From: an uncultured Phycisphaerales bacterium | Lineage (GTDB): Bacteria; Planctomycetota; Phycisphaerae; Phycisphaerales; SM1A02 | Direction of reading: 5' to 3' | NCBI GenBank assembly: GCA_938084645.1 | Contig: CALKEP010000047.1 | Coordinates: 1-49,665, forward strand | DNA: 49,665 bases | In this document: piece after piece, positions 27,839 through 37,618 of the stretch | How the letters are laid out: every line of letters starts with the position of its first letter | Position numbering within the stretch: the stretch's first letter is position 1 | Program-made: the position numbers and the translations under genes | The notes under the pieces: generated by a model | Databases searched by the model: none | What the model was told of the DNA's origin: nothing | Seen by the model: the letters and a program-made list of their open reading frames with translations, nothing else

Positions 27839-29176
27839 TCAACCCGAGAAGTACCGAAGCCGGGCGATCGCGAGGATGCGCCGACGCATGTCGTCGATGT
27901 CGCCCGACACCCAGCGATCCTTGAGCGTGCCGAGATACCGCTCCTGCTCCTGGACGAGGCGCATGTTCGAGAGCTCGCTCTCCAGGCCGAACTGGACGGA
28001 TGGGTCGTAGATCGACCGTCCGGGCTGCTTCTCGATCCCGGTCACCGCGAACCAGGAGATGAAGGCCGTCTGAACCCACGGCTCGCTGAGTTCGCCGATC
28101 TCGAGCCCCTCGAGACGCGACTTCACCGCCTTGGTCAGGCTGGTTCCCGCGATGCCGTCCGCCGGCAGTTCGAGGTCCAGCCAGGCGCCACCGTCGGGAA
28201 TATCCATCGCCGCGCAGACCGCCGAGAAATCCGCCCCGCCCGCGATGAGCGCTTTGGCCTGCTCGACCTTTTCGACCTCTCGCTTGGTGCTGAAGCGGAT
28301 GCGACCGATCCGAAGCGTCGGCGGAGGATTGAACGTGGCATAGTTCCGACGATAAGCCTGTTCGATGTCGCGCCAGGAGACGATCGCCCGCGGCTGGACG
28401 CGCTTGCGAAGGAGGTCACTGGCCAGTGCCAGACTGCGGCGTTGCAGCATGAACTCATCGAACGAGACGCCGAACTCCTCCTCGATGCTGGCCGATGCCG
28501 TGTCGCGGGTTCCGCCACGATCGGCGATGGTGTCCTCCTGAACCGATTTGAGCCAGGCGAGCACGCCCTGCTGCTGCTGGGAGTCGAGCTTGCTCTCCGC
28601 CTCCGCGATGATCAGTTCCGAATCGACGAACTCCCTGAATCGCTGCATGACCAGCGCATCGACGCTGCGAACCGCCTCCGCCAGCGGGGCCTCCGCCACG
28701 ATCCGCAGGATGCGATCCTCCAGTGGCAGAAGGAACTCCTCCGCGTACACGGGCCGCCCGTTGATCTGCCCGACCAGACTCTCGATCGGATACGGCACAC
28801 CCACCGGGACATCGATGGCGATCGAGTACGCCTCCTCGTCCACCCCGTCCGGACCGATGATCTCCTCGGTGCCTTCGGTGTAGGACCGCCCGTCGATCTC
28901 AACGGTCTCGGACTCGCGGACCGTCTCGATCGGTCCATCCGCCTCCGCGGCGGCATCCAGTGGAAAGGTCGACTTCGATTCGCCATCGGTCCGAATGAAC
29001 TCGTCGGCCGAGAGGGTTCGGGCCGGCTTGGAGTCGATCGCGGTCGAACAACCCGCCACCCCCAGGAGGACCACCACGGATCCGGCACGCCGACACCAGG
29101 CCTCGAATGGGGGCGTCGCCGGGGGCGTCGTTCGTTCCAAGGCGGGCTGCGCGGAGCGTGTTCGCGGGTCGTTCAT
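27839..29176 (-). CDS. SurA/PpiD-like periplasmic chaperone lipoprotein with a degenerate parvulin domain
   Basis: LGVAGC lipobox; VGQINGRPVY SurA-N-like region; GADFSAV and LEIGELSEP parvulin-like segments. Confidence 0.6.
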   Translation of the reverse strand: MNDPRTRSAQPALERTTPPATPPFEAWCRRAGSVVVLLGVAGCSTAIDSKPARTLSADEFIRTDGESKSTFPLDAAAEADGPIETVRESETVEIDGRSYTEGTEEIIGPDGVDEEAYSIAIDVPVGVPYPIESLVGQINGRPVYAEEFLLPLEDRILRIVAEAPLAEAVRSVDALVMQRFREFVDSELIIAEAESKLDSQQQQGVLAWLKSVQEDTIADRGGTRDTASASIEEEFGVSFDEFMLQRRSLALASDLLRKRVQPRAIVSWRDIEQAYRRNYATFNPPPTLRIGRIRFSTKREVEKVEQAKALIAGGADFSAVCAAMDIPDGGAWLDLELPADGIAGTSLTKAVKSRLEGLEIGELSEPWVQTAFISWFAVTGIEKQPGRSIYDPSVQFGLESELSNMRLVQEQERYLGTLKDRWVSGDIDDMRRRILAIARLRYFSG

Positions 29177-29321
29177 GGTCTTCACGCATGCTAGCGAAGG
29201 CGGAACCGCCCGGCATGGGGACGAGCCGCGTACAATGACCACTCCTCGGAATCGACGCTCGATTCCTCAACCACGAACCCCTCCGGCATCCCCCGAACAC
29301 GCGGTGCCGCGGAGTCCCCGG

Positions 29322-29792
29322 ATGTCCGACGAAACCCCCAAGATCCACGTCGACAGCGACTGGAAGGCCGAAGCCCAGGCTGAGAAGGAACGTCTCGCCG
29401 AAACCGCCGCCAAGAAGTCCGAGGCCGCCCCCGGCGAGGACGGCGCCAATCCGGAACTGCCGCCCGCCGACTTCAAGGGCCTGATGGGCGTCCTCGCCTC
29501 GCAGGCGATCATGGGCCTCGGGGCCTACACGGATCCCAAGACCGGCGGCGTGGTCATCGACCTCCCCGGCGCGAAGTTCGCGATCGACCTGCTCGCGGTC
29601 CTCGACGAGAAGACCAAGGGAAACATCAGCGAGGAAGAGGCGGGCGAACTCACCAACGTGCTCAACGAGTTGCGATCTCGTTTCGTGCAGATCGCCCAGC
29701 TGGTCGCCCAGCAGCAGGCGGAGGCCGCTGGGGCCCCCGGAGCCCCGGGAACGCCGGCGGACATCCCGGACCTGAGAATCCAGGAACCCTGA
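29322..29792 (+). CDS. DUF1844 domain protein
   Basis: IHVDSDWKAEAQ, LPPADF, AKFAIDLL.VL.EKTKGN and ELR.RFV motifs. Confidence 0.82.
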   Translation: MSDETPKIHVDSDWKAEAQAEKERLAETAAKKSEAAPGEDGANPELPPADFKGLMGVLASQAIMGLGAYTDPKTGGVVIDLPGAKFAIDLLAVLDEKTKGNISEEEAGELTNVLNELRSRFVQIAQLVAQQQAEAAGAPGAPGTPADIPDLRIQEP

Positions 29793-29862
29793 ACCGTCGC
29801 CGACCGCCCTCTCACGCGTTCATCGTGCCCCCAGTTCCATTCCTCGACCCGAGCCAGCAACC

Positions 29863-30633
29863 GTGTCAAGTTCGAACAGCTTCATCGATCGCCACTACCT
29901 GGTCCTCCGAAGACTCCACTCGATCTCGGGCATCGTTCCGATCGGGCTCTTCCTCTTCCCCCACCTGACGACGAACTCCTCGATCGTCTGGGGGGATGCC
30001 ACCAAGGTGGGCGGCGTCGCGACCTTCCAGCATGAAGTGAACTTCATCCATGATCTGCCGGCGCTCCTCCTCATCGAGGTGTTCGGGCTGTGGCTGCCGA
30101 TCATCTACCACGCGGCCATGGGTGTGTACTTCGCCCGCTCGGGCCGCACCAACACCAGCCGGTACGCGTATCAGGGCAATGTCCGATACACGCTCCAGCG
30201 GGCGAGCGGATACATCGCGCTCGTCTTCATCTTCATGCACGTGGCGTCCCTGCGATTCGGCGTGAGTTTCGGCGGTCTGATGCCCGGCTTCGATCCGAAC
30301 CACGCGGCCTCCACCACCGCCGAGCACTTCCAGAACGGTCTCTGGGGCCGGTTCGCCGCGGTCTTCTACCTCGTGGGCGTGATGGCGGCGGTGTACCACT
30401 TCGCCAACGGCCTCTGGACTGCCGCGATCACCTGGGGCCTCACGGTCACGACGACCGCCCAGCACCGCTGGGGGATGGCGTGCGCCGCGATCGGCGCCGG
30501 ACTCGCCGCGGCCGGCCTGACGGCGATCCTCGGCTTCACCTTCCTCGACGTGGGCGAAGCGGAAGCGGTCGAGCAGGAGATGCTTCAGATGAAGAGCCCC
30601 ACCGCCTCGGTCGCCGTACCGAGCGAGAACTGA
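29863..30633 (+). CDS. sdhC: Succinate dehydrogenase cytochrome b558 subunit (single 5-TM, type B anchor)
   Basis: RRLHSISGIVPIG, LQR.SG and HFANGLW motifs; conserved His heme ligands. Confidence 0.92.
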   Translation: MSSSNSFIDRHYLVLRRLHSISGIVPIGLFLFPHLTTNSSIVWGDATKVGGVATFQHEVNFIHDLPALLLIEVFGLWLPIIYHAAMGVYFARSGRTNTSRYAYQGNVRYTLQRASGYIALVFIFMHVASLRFGVSFGGLMPGFDPNHAASTTAEHFQNGLWGRFAAVFYLVGVMAAVYHFANGLWTAAITWGLTVTTTAQHRWGMACAAIGAGLAAAGLTAILGFTFLDVGEAEAVEQEMLQMKSPTASVAVPSEN

Positions 30634-30728
30634 ACGATCCGCGGAGCCACGGGCCCGCCCGTCGCATCCGCCGCCCCGATTCCATCGAAGTGACCTTCGG
30701 TCCTTCCACGCTTCCTGAGAGGTCGAAC

Positions 30729-32612
30729 GTGCAGAATTCCAACAGACGCGTCATCGTGGTCGGTGGCGGACTCGCCGGTCTCGCCGCCACCATCCGCATC
30801 GCCGAGAGCGGCGTTCCCGTGGATCTCTTCTCGCTGGTGCCGGTGAAACGAAGCCACTCGGTCTGCGCCCAGGGCGGAATCAACGCGTGCAACGAGATCG
30901 CCCGCCAGCAGGGCTATTCGGAATACGAGCACTTCGACGAGACCGTCTACGGCGGTGACTTCCTCGCCAACCAGCCGCCGGTCCACGAGATGGCCCACTG
31001 GGCCCCGCGGATCATCGACCTCCTCGACCGGATGGGCGTCCCCTTCAACCGCTCCGCGGAGGGCCGCCGCGATCTGCGGCTGTTCGGCGGGTCGCTCTTC
31101 AAGCGGACCCACTTCGCCGGCGCGACCACCGGCCAGCAGCTCCTCTACGCCCTCGACGAACAGACGCGTCGCTGGCAGCACGAGAAGCGGGTCACCAAGT
31201 ACGAGCACTGGGAGTTCCTCCGTCCGATCCTCGACGATGACGGAAGCTGCGTCGGCATCGTCGCCCAGGACATGCGGACGATGCAGATCCGCTCGTTCAA
31301 GGCGGACGCGGTCGTCATGGCCACCGGTGGCTGCGGTCTCGTCTACGGCAAGAGCACCAACTCGGTCATCTGCACCGGGGCGGCGGCGAGCCGTTGTTTC
31401 CAGGCCGGCGCGGCTTATGGCAATCCCGAGTTCGTCCAGGTCCATCCGACCGCGATCCCCGGCGCGGACAAGCTCCGCCTGATGTCGGAGAGCGCCCGAG
31501 GCGAGGGCGGACGCGTCTGGGTCCCCCGGAACGCCGGCGACGCCCGCGATCCGCGGCAGATCCCGAACGAGGAACGCCTCTACTTCCTCGAAGAGAAGTA
31601 CCCCGCCTACGGCAACATCGTGCCCCGGGACATCGCGACCCGCGAGATCTTCGACATCTGCGTGAATCAGGGCCTCGGCGTCGCCGGAGAGAACCAGGTC
31701 TATCTCGACCTCACGCACCTCGACCGCGAGTATCTCGAGCGGAAGCTCGGCGGCATCGTCGAGATCTACCGGAAGTTCGTCGGCGAGGATCCCGCGGAGA
31801 TGCCGATGCGGATCTTCCCCGGCGTGCACTATTCGATGGGCGGCCTCTGGACGACCTACACGCCGAAGGACGATCTCGACGGCATGGTGCTCGGCGCGAA
31901 GAACTCCATGATGACCAGCATCCAGGGGCTCTACGCCTTCGGCGAGGTCAACTACCAGTATCACGGCGCGAACCGGCTCGGCGCGAATGCGCTGCTCAGC
32001 TGCATCTTCGACGGCCTGTTCTGCGGCGTCGGCGTCGCGAACTACGTGAAGGACCGCGACACGGCGGCCGCCGAGGGCGACGGCCGAGTCCACGATGCGG
32101 CGAGAAAGATCGAAGAGGACCGGGTGGAGGCACTCGTGTCGGCGGAAGGCGACGAGAACCCCTACCTCATCGGCCGCGAACTCGGCGAGGAGATGACCGC
32201 GGCCTGCACCGTGGTCAAGGAGGCCTCCCGCCTCGAGGAGGCGCAGGGAACGCTCGCGTCGCTTCGCGAACGGTACGCCAACATCGCCCTCTCCGACACC
32301 GGCCTCTGGACCAACCAGAACCTCTCCTACGCCCGCGCCGTCGGCGACATGCTGGTCATCGCGGACGCGATGATCGAGGCATCCATCGCCCGTCGCGAAT
32401 CGCGCGGCAGTCACTACCGATCGGACTTCCCGAAGCGAGACGACGGCGAGTTCCTGAAGACGACCGTCGTGAACTACTCGGCGGAATCCGGCCGCGTCGA
32501 GATCGGCTACGAACCGGTCGCGTCGGAGCTGGTCACGCCGCGCGAGCGGAACTACAGCAAGACGCACGCCCCTGCGAAGGCCGAGACCGCGAAGACTGCG
32601 GCCACGAGCTGA
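30729..32612 (+). CDS. sdhA: Succinate dehydrogenase flavoprotein subunit
   Basis: GGGLAG, RSHSVCAQGG (FAD-His), QVHPT, SESARGEG, HYSMGG and HGANRLGANAL motifs. Confidence 0.97.
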   Translation: MQNSNRRVIVVGGGLAGLAATIRIAESGVPVDLFSLVPVKRSHSVCAQGGINACNEIARQQGYSEYEHFDETVYGGDFLANQPPVHEMAHWAPRIIDLLDRMGVPFNRSAEGRRDLRLFGGSLFKRTHFAGATTGQQLLYALDEQTRRWQHEKRVTKYEHWEFLRPILDDDGSCVGIVAQDMRTMQIRSFKADAVVMATGGCGLVYGKSTNSVICTGAAASRCFQAGAAYGNPEFVQVHPTAIPGADKLRLMSESARGEGGRVWVPRNAGDARDPRQIPNEERLYFLEEKYPAYGNIVPRDIATREIFDICVNQGLGVAGENQVYLDLTHLDREYLERKLGGIVEIYRKFVGEDPAEMPMRIFPGVHYSMGGLWTTYTPKDDLDGMVLGAKNSMMTSIQGLYAFGEVNYQYHGANRLGANALLSCIFDGLFCGVGVANYVKDRDTAAAEGDGRVHDAARKIEEDRVEALVSAEGDENPYLIGRELGEEMTAACTVVKEASRLEEAQGTLASLRERYANIALSDTGLWTNQNLSYARAVGDMLVIADAMIEASIARRESRGSHYRSDFPKRDDGEFLKTTVVNYSAESGRVEIGYEPVASELVTPRERNYSKTHAPAKAETAKTAATS

Positions 32613-32672
32613 CCGGCGGATTCGCTCGCGGACAGCCGAACCCGAGACTTCAGGAGTTTCGGTGAACGAGGG

Positions 32673-34043
32673 TCATCCCGTGGCCCAGTCCATCTTCGCG
32701 TACAGCGTGAGGCCCGCGAAGATCGCCTGGAGCGAGAAGACGCCGAATGCGGCGAGTCGGAGCTGCCCGCGTCCGATCGCCCCGTACGAGGTTCGTCCGG
32801 ATTCGAGGGACGCGAGGCACCAACCCACCGCGAGCAGCACGGGTGGGTCGAAGTACCGTTGGAAAGCGGACGAGTTCACGGTGTAGGCGGCCACGAAGGA
32901 GATCGCGAAACCCGCGACCAACCAGGCGGTTCGAGATCGGCCCGACGCGACGAGCAGTCCGAAGAGGATTCCCGCGGTCGCGCCGCCCGCGACGCTGCCC
33001 GCGACGATCAGGCTCGACCGACCGAGGATCGTGGGCGTCCAACCGGCGAACAACCAGAGCCAACCACCGTTCCGGCCGTAGTCCTTGCCCGTCACCGATT
33101 CGAGCGACACGCCGGCCAGGAGTCCGATCACGAGTCCGATGACCATCGCGCCGCGGATCCGTCGATCATTCCACCAGAACGGCACCAGCACGACGACCAG
33201 GGGCGACGCGTAGACCGCGAGGAGCGAAAGAACCCCGGGGGTGACCCCGTGATTGAGTCCACCGTGGTGCGTCACGCCGTCGCCGCCGATCTGGAATTTC
33301 GGTGGGACGAGGCCGCCCCAGAGCATGACGAACCCCGCGATGACGCTCGCCGCCACCACCGTCGCGATCGCGAAGATCACCGCCGGCTGCAGTCCGCGAT
33401 GGCCGGGCTGAAGCGGGTCGCGAAACGGGAGCCGTCGTCGGATCGGATCCCACTGGAAGAGGAACGCGAGCAAGGCGACGCCCGAGACCCAGATGTTGAT
33501 CTGACGAACGAGCACGGAACAGACGAGGGCGATCCCGGAACCGACGGCCCGCCCCCGGCTCGCCACGCAGAAGATCGCGGAACCGGCCGAGATCGCGATC
33601 AGGGCGAGCGAGAGATTGTCGGTCATCACCCAGATCGAATTGCCGAGGACGTAGGGAGACGACGCGAGTGGAAGCGTGCAGAAGAAGGCCGTCCAGGGCG
33701 TGGCGGCCTTCGCGGCGTACCGATAGGCGACGACGAGCAGCAGCACGCCGAACCCGCAGGCACAGACCTGAAGCAAGGTCTCCGAGGGCCCGAACATCCG
33801 GACCGCGACCGCGAGCAGCAGGTGCATGCCCGGGGTGGTCGCACTGTCGTAGTCGGCCAGATCGACGGCCGGGAGCGTGTCCGCGAAGGCCAGCACCACC
33901 GGCACGTGATGAAAATCGTGGTCGATGCTCTTCTCGGGGAATCGATCGAATCCCGAAAGTACCGGCCCGAGCGTCGCCGTCAGGAAGAGCACGACGAGGA
34001 CCGCGGGCGCGAGGCGTCGTCCGGTCCGGACGTGATCGTTCAT
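32673..34043 (-). CDS. Multi-TM GT-C fold glycosyltransferase, ALG10/DIE2-like
   Basis: D..FH.P, TTPG, TD, RQ.NI and RYF motifs occur in the same order as in ALG10; about 11-12 hydrophobic segments. Confidence 0.62.
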   Translation of the reverse strand: MNDHVRTGRRLAPAVLVVLFLTATLGPVLSGFDRFPEKSIDHDFHHVPVVLAFADTLPAVDLADYDSATTPGMHLLLAVAVRMFGPSETLLQVCACGFGVLLLVVAYRYAAKAATPWTAFFCTLPLASSPYVLGNSIWVMTDNLSLALIAISAGSAIFCVASRGRAVGSGIALVCSVLVRQINIWVSGVALLAFLFQWDPIRRRLPFRDPLQPGHRGLQPAVIFAIATVVAASVIAGFVMLWGGLVPPKFQIGGDGVTHHGGLNHGVTPGVLSLLAVYASPLVVVLVPFWWNDRRIRGAMVIGLVIGLLAGVSLESVTGKDYGRNGGWLWLFAGWTPTILGRSSLIVAGSVAGGATAGILFGLLVASGRSRTAWLVAGFAISFVAAYTVNSSAFQRYFDPPVLLAVGWCLASLESGRTSYGAIGRGQLRLAAFGVFSLQAIFAGLTLYAKMDWATG

Positions 34044-35011
34044 GACCCGCCGCTCTCGAGCGGTGCGTCGAACGTGTCGGCGAAGATGAGCCGCGAGAGG
34101 CCTTCCTCGACCGCGGGAACGTAGAGGCAGGCGAGCACGCCCGCCGCGAAGAGCACCAGCGATACGAGGATCACCGGATCTTCGCGCATCGCGGCCATCG
34201 GACTGTCGCGTTCACCCCGGTTCGCCCGTCGATAGAACCGATGGACGACGATCAGCACGAACGGCGTGAGCAGCGCGAAGCCGGCCGCCCGTCCGCCGAA
34301 GAGGCTCGTCGCGTGCGAACTCAGGCCGTAGAGGACCCAGCTCATCACCACCGACACCCCGCTCAGGCCGAGCAGCCAGTTCAACTCGAGCCGGTTCTCG
34401 TAGCCGGCCGGACTCGACCAGCCCGTCTCCGCGGCTTCCGCCGCCGAGAGATCGCAGAGACGCTTGATGAAGGCGAGGTACAGGGTGAGGAAGAAGACGC
34501 ATCCGAGCAGCCACGTCGAGACCGCTCGATCGATCGCGAAGGCCCCCACCGTCGCCCGCATGCCAAACCCGGTCGCCAGCACCACGGCGTCGACGATCGC
34601 CACCCGCTTCAATCCGCCGTTGTAGAGGAACTGCAGGATGAGATAGGCCAGCATGACCCCGCCCACCGCCGGGTCGACGAGGAACCCGACCACCACCCCG
34701 AGCACCACGAGCACGAGGCCGAATCGAAACCCCGCCGCGGGACCGATCCGACCGCTCGCGATCGGACGATGCCGCTTCCGCGGATGCAGCCGATCGAGCT
34801 CGACGTCCATCGAGTCGTTGATCGCGTAGAAGCCCGAGGCGAGCAGACTGAAGCCGACGATCGTGAGCAGCGTCGAGAGGAACCACTCCGGGAGCAACGA
34901 CGCCCTGGCCTCCGCATCGAGGCCCGGTATCGAGAACACGATCGCGGGCAGGATGAAGACGTTCTTCACCCAGTCCGCCGGCCTCATGAGCTTGAAGTAG
35001 TCGGTGAGCAT
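34040..35011 (-). CDS. UbiA-family prenyltransferase, decaprenyl-phosphate phosphoribosyltransferase type
   Basis: RP..WVKN, YAIND..D...DR.HP.KR.RPIASG, Y...LK and LAFIKR motifs are typical of DPPR-synthase-type UbiA. Confidence 0.85.
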   Translation of the reverse strand: MLTDYFKLMRPADWVKNVFILPAIVFSIPGLDAEARASLLPEWFLSTLLTIVGFSLLASGFYAINDSMDVELDRLHPRKRHRPIASGRIGPAAGFRFGLVLVVLGVVVGFLVDPAVGGVMLAYLILQFLYNGGLKRVAIVDAVVLATGFGMRATVGAFAIDRAVSTWLLGCVFFLTLYLAFIKRLCDLSAAEAAETGWSSPAGYENRLELNWLLGLSGVSVVMSWVLYGLSSHATSLFGGRAAGFALLTPFVLIVVHRFYRRANRGERDSPMAAMREDPVILVSLVLFAAGVLACLYVPAVEEGLSRLIFADTFDAPLESGGS

Positions 35012-35194
35012 CCGATGATCCGAGTCCGGCCCGGGGGACCGGGTGTCTCGGTCTTATCGACCATCGGCGAATGGGCCTCCACTCGCGTTTCGAAACCGGA
35101 AGGACGGTTTCCCCGAACCCGGGACGTGGTGGGCCTGCTAGCATCCGACTGCGGAGAATTCCGCCTCGCCAACCCCCTCAGGAGCCGTCGCCCG

Positions 35195-36001
35195 ATGGTC
35201 GCCCCGAACGACAAGACCCCGTCAAGCCCTCGCACCGTCCGGTTCCGCATCACGCGTCAGGACGCCCCCGGCAAGCCCACCCGGGTGGAGGAATTCGACG
35301 TCCCGGTGCAGACCGGCGCCAACGTCATCTCCGCCCTCCAGTGGATCGCCGCCCATCCGGTGACCGTCGACGGCACCCGGACGACCCCGGTGGTCTACGA
35401 CTCCGGCTGTCTCGAAGAGGTCTGCGGCGCCTGCACCATGGTGGTGAACGGCGGCGTGCGACAGAGCTGCACCGCGCTGGTCGAGGACATCGTGGACGAC
35501 CATGGCGTCGTCACGCTCGAGCCGATGTCGTCCTTCCCGACGATCCGCGACCTCGCGGTCGACCGGGCCAGACTCTTCGCGGCGCTCGAATCCGTTCGAG
35601 CCTGGGTCCCGATCGACGGCACCTACGATCTCGGGGCCGGCCCGATGGAAAGCCCGAAGGTGCAGTTGACGCGATATCAGTTGAGCCAGTGCATGAGTTG
35701 CGGATGCTGCCTGGAGGCCTGCCCCCAGTTCAACCTCGAAGAGGATGAGACCGAGTGGCAGGAGTCCTTCATCGGCCCCCACGCGATCAGTCAGGCCCGA
35801 CTCTTCAATCTCCACGAGACCGGCAAGATCCTCGCCGACGAACGTGTCGACGCGATCTCCGGGGTCGGTGGCGTCAGCGACTGCGGCAACGCCCAGAACT
35901 GCGTCAAGGTCTGTCCGAAGGAAATCCCGCTCACCGAATCCATCGCGGAGATGGGACGGGCGGTCACGGTCCGTTCGATCCGGAAGTTCTTCTCCGGCTG
36001 A
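35195..36001 (+). CDS. sdhB: Succinate dehydrogenase iron-sulfur subunit
   Basis: CLEEVCGAC, CMSCGCCLEACP and CGNAQNCVKVCP motifs. Confidence 0.96.
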   Translation: MVAPNDKTPSSPRTVRFRITRQDAPGKPTRVEEFDVPVQTGANVISALQWIAAHPVTVDGTRTTPVVYDSGCLEEVCGACTMVVNGGVRQSCTALVEDIVDDHGVVTLEPMSSFPTIRDLAVDRARLFAALESVRAWVPIDGTYDLGAGPMESPKVQLTRYQLSQCMSCGCCLEACPQFNLEEDETEWQESFIGPHAISQARLFNLHETGKILADERVDAISGVGGVSDCGNAQNCVKVCPKEIPLTESIAEMGRAVTVRSIRKFFSG

Positions 36002-36017
36002 CCCGGCGACGGTCCGC

Positions 36018-37214
36018 TCAGACGAGGTCGCTCAGGATGTCGTCGGCCAGCATCAAGGCCCCGTCGGTGATTCGAAGCCGATCCCCCCGCCACTCCAGCC
36101 CGCCCGCGTCGAGATGCCGCTCGATCGCGGACTGTCGCGCCGACGTGCTCGCAGCGAGCGCCGTCGCGACCGCTCGGTCGAGCCCGCGTCTGAGTCGCAG
36201 GCCGAGCATCGCACGCTCGCCAAGCTCGGTCGCCGCATCGGGACGATCGACGGCGACCACCGGCGACACGCCCCGGCCTTCCAGCCAGTCATCCAGCCGA
36301 GGGAGATTCCGGTATCGGATGCCACCGAGATTCCCCGCGGCGGCCGGCCCGATCGCGACCCACTGACCCGCATCCCAGTACGCGAGGTTGTGGAGACATC
36401 GCTCGCCCGGCAGCGCCCAGTTGCTGATCTCGTACTGCTCGTATCCCGCCGCCTCGAGTCGGGCGCGGGTGCGGTCGTACATCGCCGACTCGATCGCGTC
36501 GTCGATCGCCTCGATCCGCCCCAGCCGCTGCTTCTCGGCGAGCGGGGTCCCCGGTTCGAAGACCAGGCCGTAGCACGAGAGGTGCTGGGGCTCGAGGGCC
36601 AGCACCGCGTCGAGATCCCGTTCCCAGTCCGCCATCGTGGCGCCCGGAATCCCGAAGATCAGATCGAGGTTGATCCGGCGGATGCCCGCCGCCCGGAGCC
36701 GACCGACCGACCGTGCCACCGAGGCGGGATCGTGATGCCGTTCGAGCGTTTCCAGGAGCGCCGGCTGGAAACTCTGGCATCCGATGCTCACCCGATCGGC
36801 GCCGCCCGACACCAGCGCTTCCGCGATCTCCTCGGTGACCGTCTCCGGATTCGCCTCGACCGTGAACTCCTCGAGCGGTGACGTGGGGATCGACCCGATG
36901 GCGAGGAGCACCCGCCGCAGACCGTCGGGCGGAAGCATGGTCGGGGTCCCGCCTCCGACGAAGGCCGAACGGATCCCCCCGGGATCGATCGCGGCCCGGA
37001 CGGCGGTCACTTCGGATTCGAATCGATCGACGAACGCCCCGATTCGATCCCGATGATCGACGATCGAATAGAAGTCGCAGTAGTGACACTTGTGGCGGCA
37101 GAACGGCACGTGGGCGTAGACGGTGTCCGGACGAGATCCCTCGAGCACCCGGGCCGAGGCCTCGATGCTGGGGCCATCGTCGTACTGCGGAAGTTCGAAG
37201 CCGGAATCCGCCAT
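36018..37214 (-). CDS. hemW: Radical SAM heme chaperone HemW (HemN-like)
   Basis: YAHVPFCRHKCHYCDF, GGGTPT, EANP, YEISNW and HNLAYW motifs (HNxxYW is HemW-type). Confidence 0.9.
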   Translation of the reverse strand: MADSGFELPQYDDGPSIEASARVLEGSRPDTVYAHVPFCRHKCHYCDFYSIVDHRDRIGAFVDRFESEVTAVRAAIDPGGIRSAFVGGGTPTMLPPDGLRRVLLAIGSIPTSPLEEFTVEANPETVTEEIAEALVSGGADRVSIGCQSFQPALLETLERHHDPASVARSVGRLRAAGIRRINLDLIFGIPGATMADWERDLDAVLALEPQHLSCYGLVFEPGTPLAEKQRLGRIEAIDDAIESAMYDRTRARLEAAGYEQYEISNWALPGERCLHNLAYWDAGQWVAIGPAAAGNLGGIRYRNLPRLDDWLEGRGVSPVVAVDRPDAATELGERAMLGLRLRRGLDRAVATALAASTSARQSAIERHLDAGGLEWRGDRLRITDGALMLADDILSDLV

Positions 37215-37261
37215 TCCCCGATTCTAGACCCCGCCGGGATTCCGCACCGCGCCGCTCGGGC

Positions 37262-37459
37262 TCACGCCGCGTCGGTGGTGGCCTCGTCGGAGGTTCCCAG
37301 GTTTCGTGGGACCTCGGGATTCCGCATCACGGGGATCCGGATGTTGGTCGAACAGGAGCGACAGCGGACGAGCTTGCCCCGTGCGTGCTCGGGAACCGCG
37401 AGAATCCGCTGGCATCCGAGGTTCGGACACATGATTCGAATCACCTGGGTGTCGTCCAT
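37262..37459 (-). CDS. Small zinc-ribbon protein (65 aa)
   Basis: CPNLGC...RGKLVRCRSC; GGAGG RBS upstream of the ATG. Confidence 0.75.
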   Translation of the reverse strand: MDDTQVIRIMCPNLGCQRILAVPEHARGKLVRCRSCSTNIRIPVMRNPEVPRNLGTSDEATTDAA

Positions 37460-37618
37460 GATCGGACCTCCGCCGGGACCGGAATTCGCACCCCGTCATA
37501 CGGGCCGCCGCCGTAGCATCGACCCTCCGACCGGCCCACTGAAGTCGGATCGCGAGGGAAGCGACCACACGGGGTCGGATGGTTCGTAGAATGCGGCGTC
37601 GCACCTTCTGGAGCCCCC

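Noticed and set aside
36018..37459. Radical SAM plus small Cys peptide as a ranthipeptide/sactipeptide system
   Set aside because: The radical SAM is HemW-type (HNxxYW, no SPASM or RRE domain), and the small protein is a zinc ribbon.
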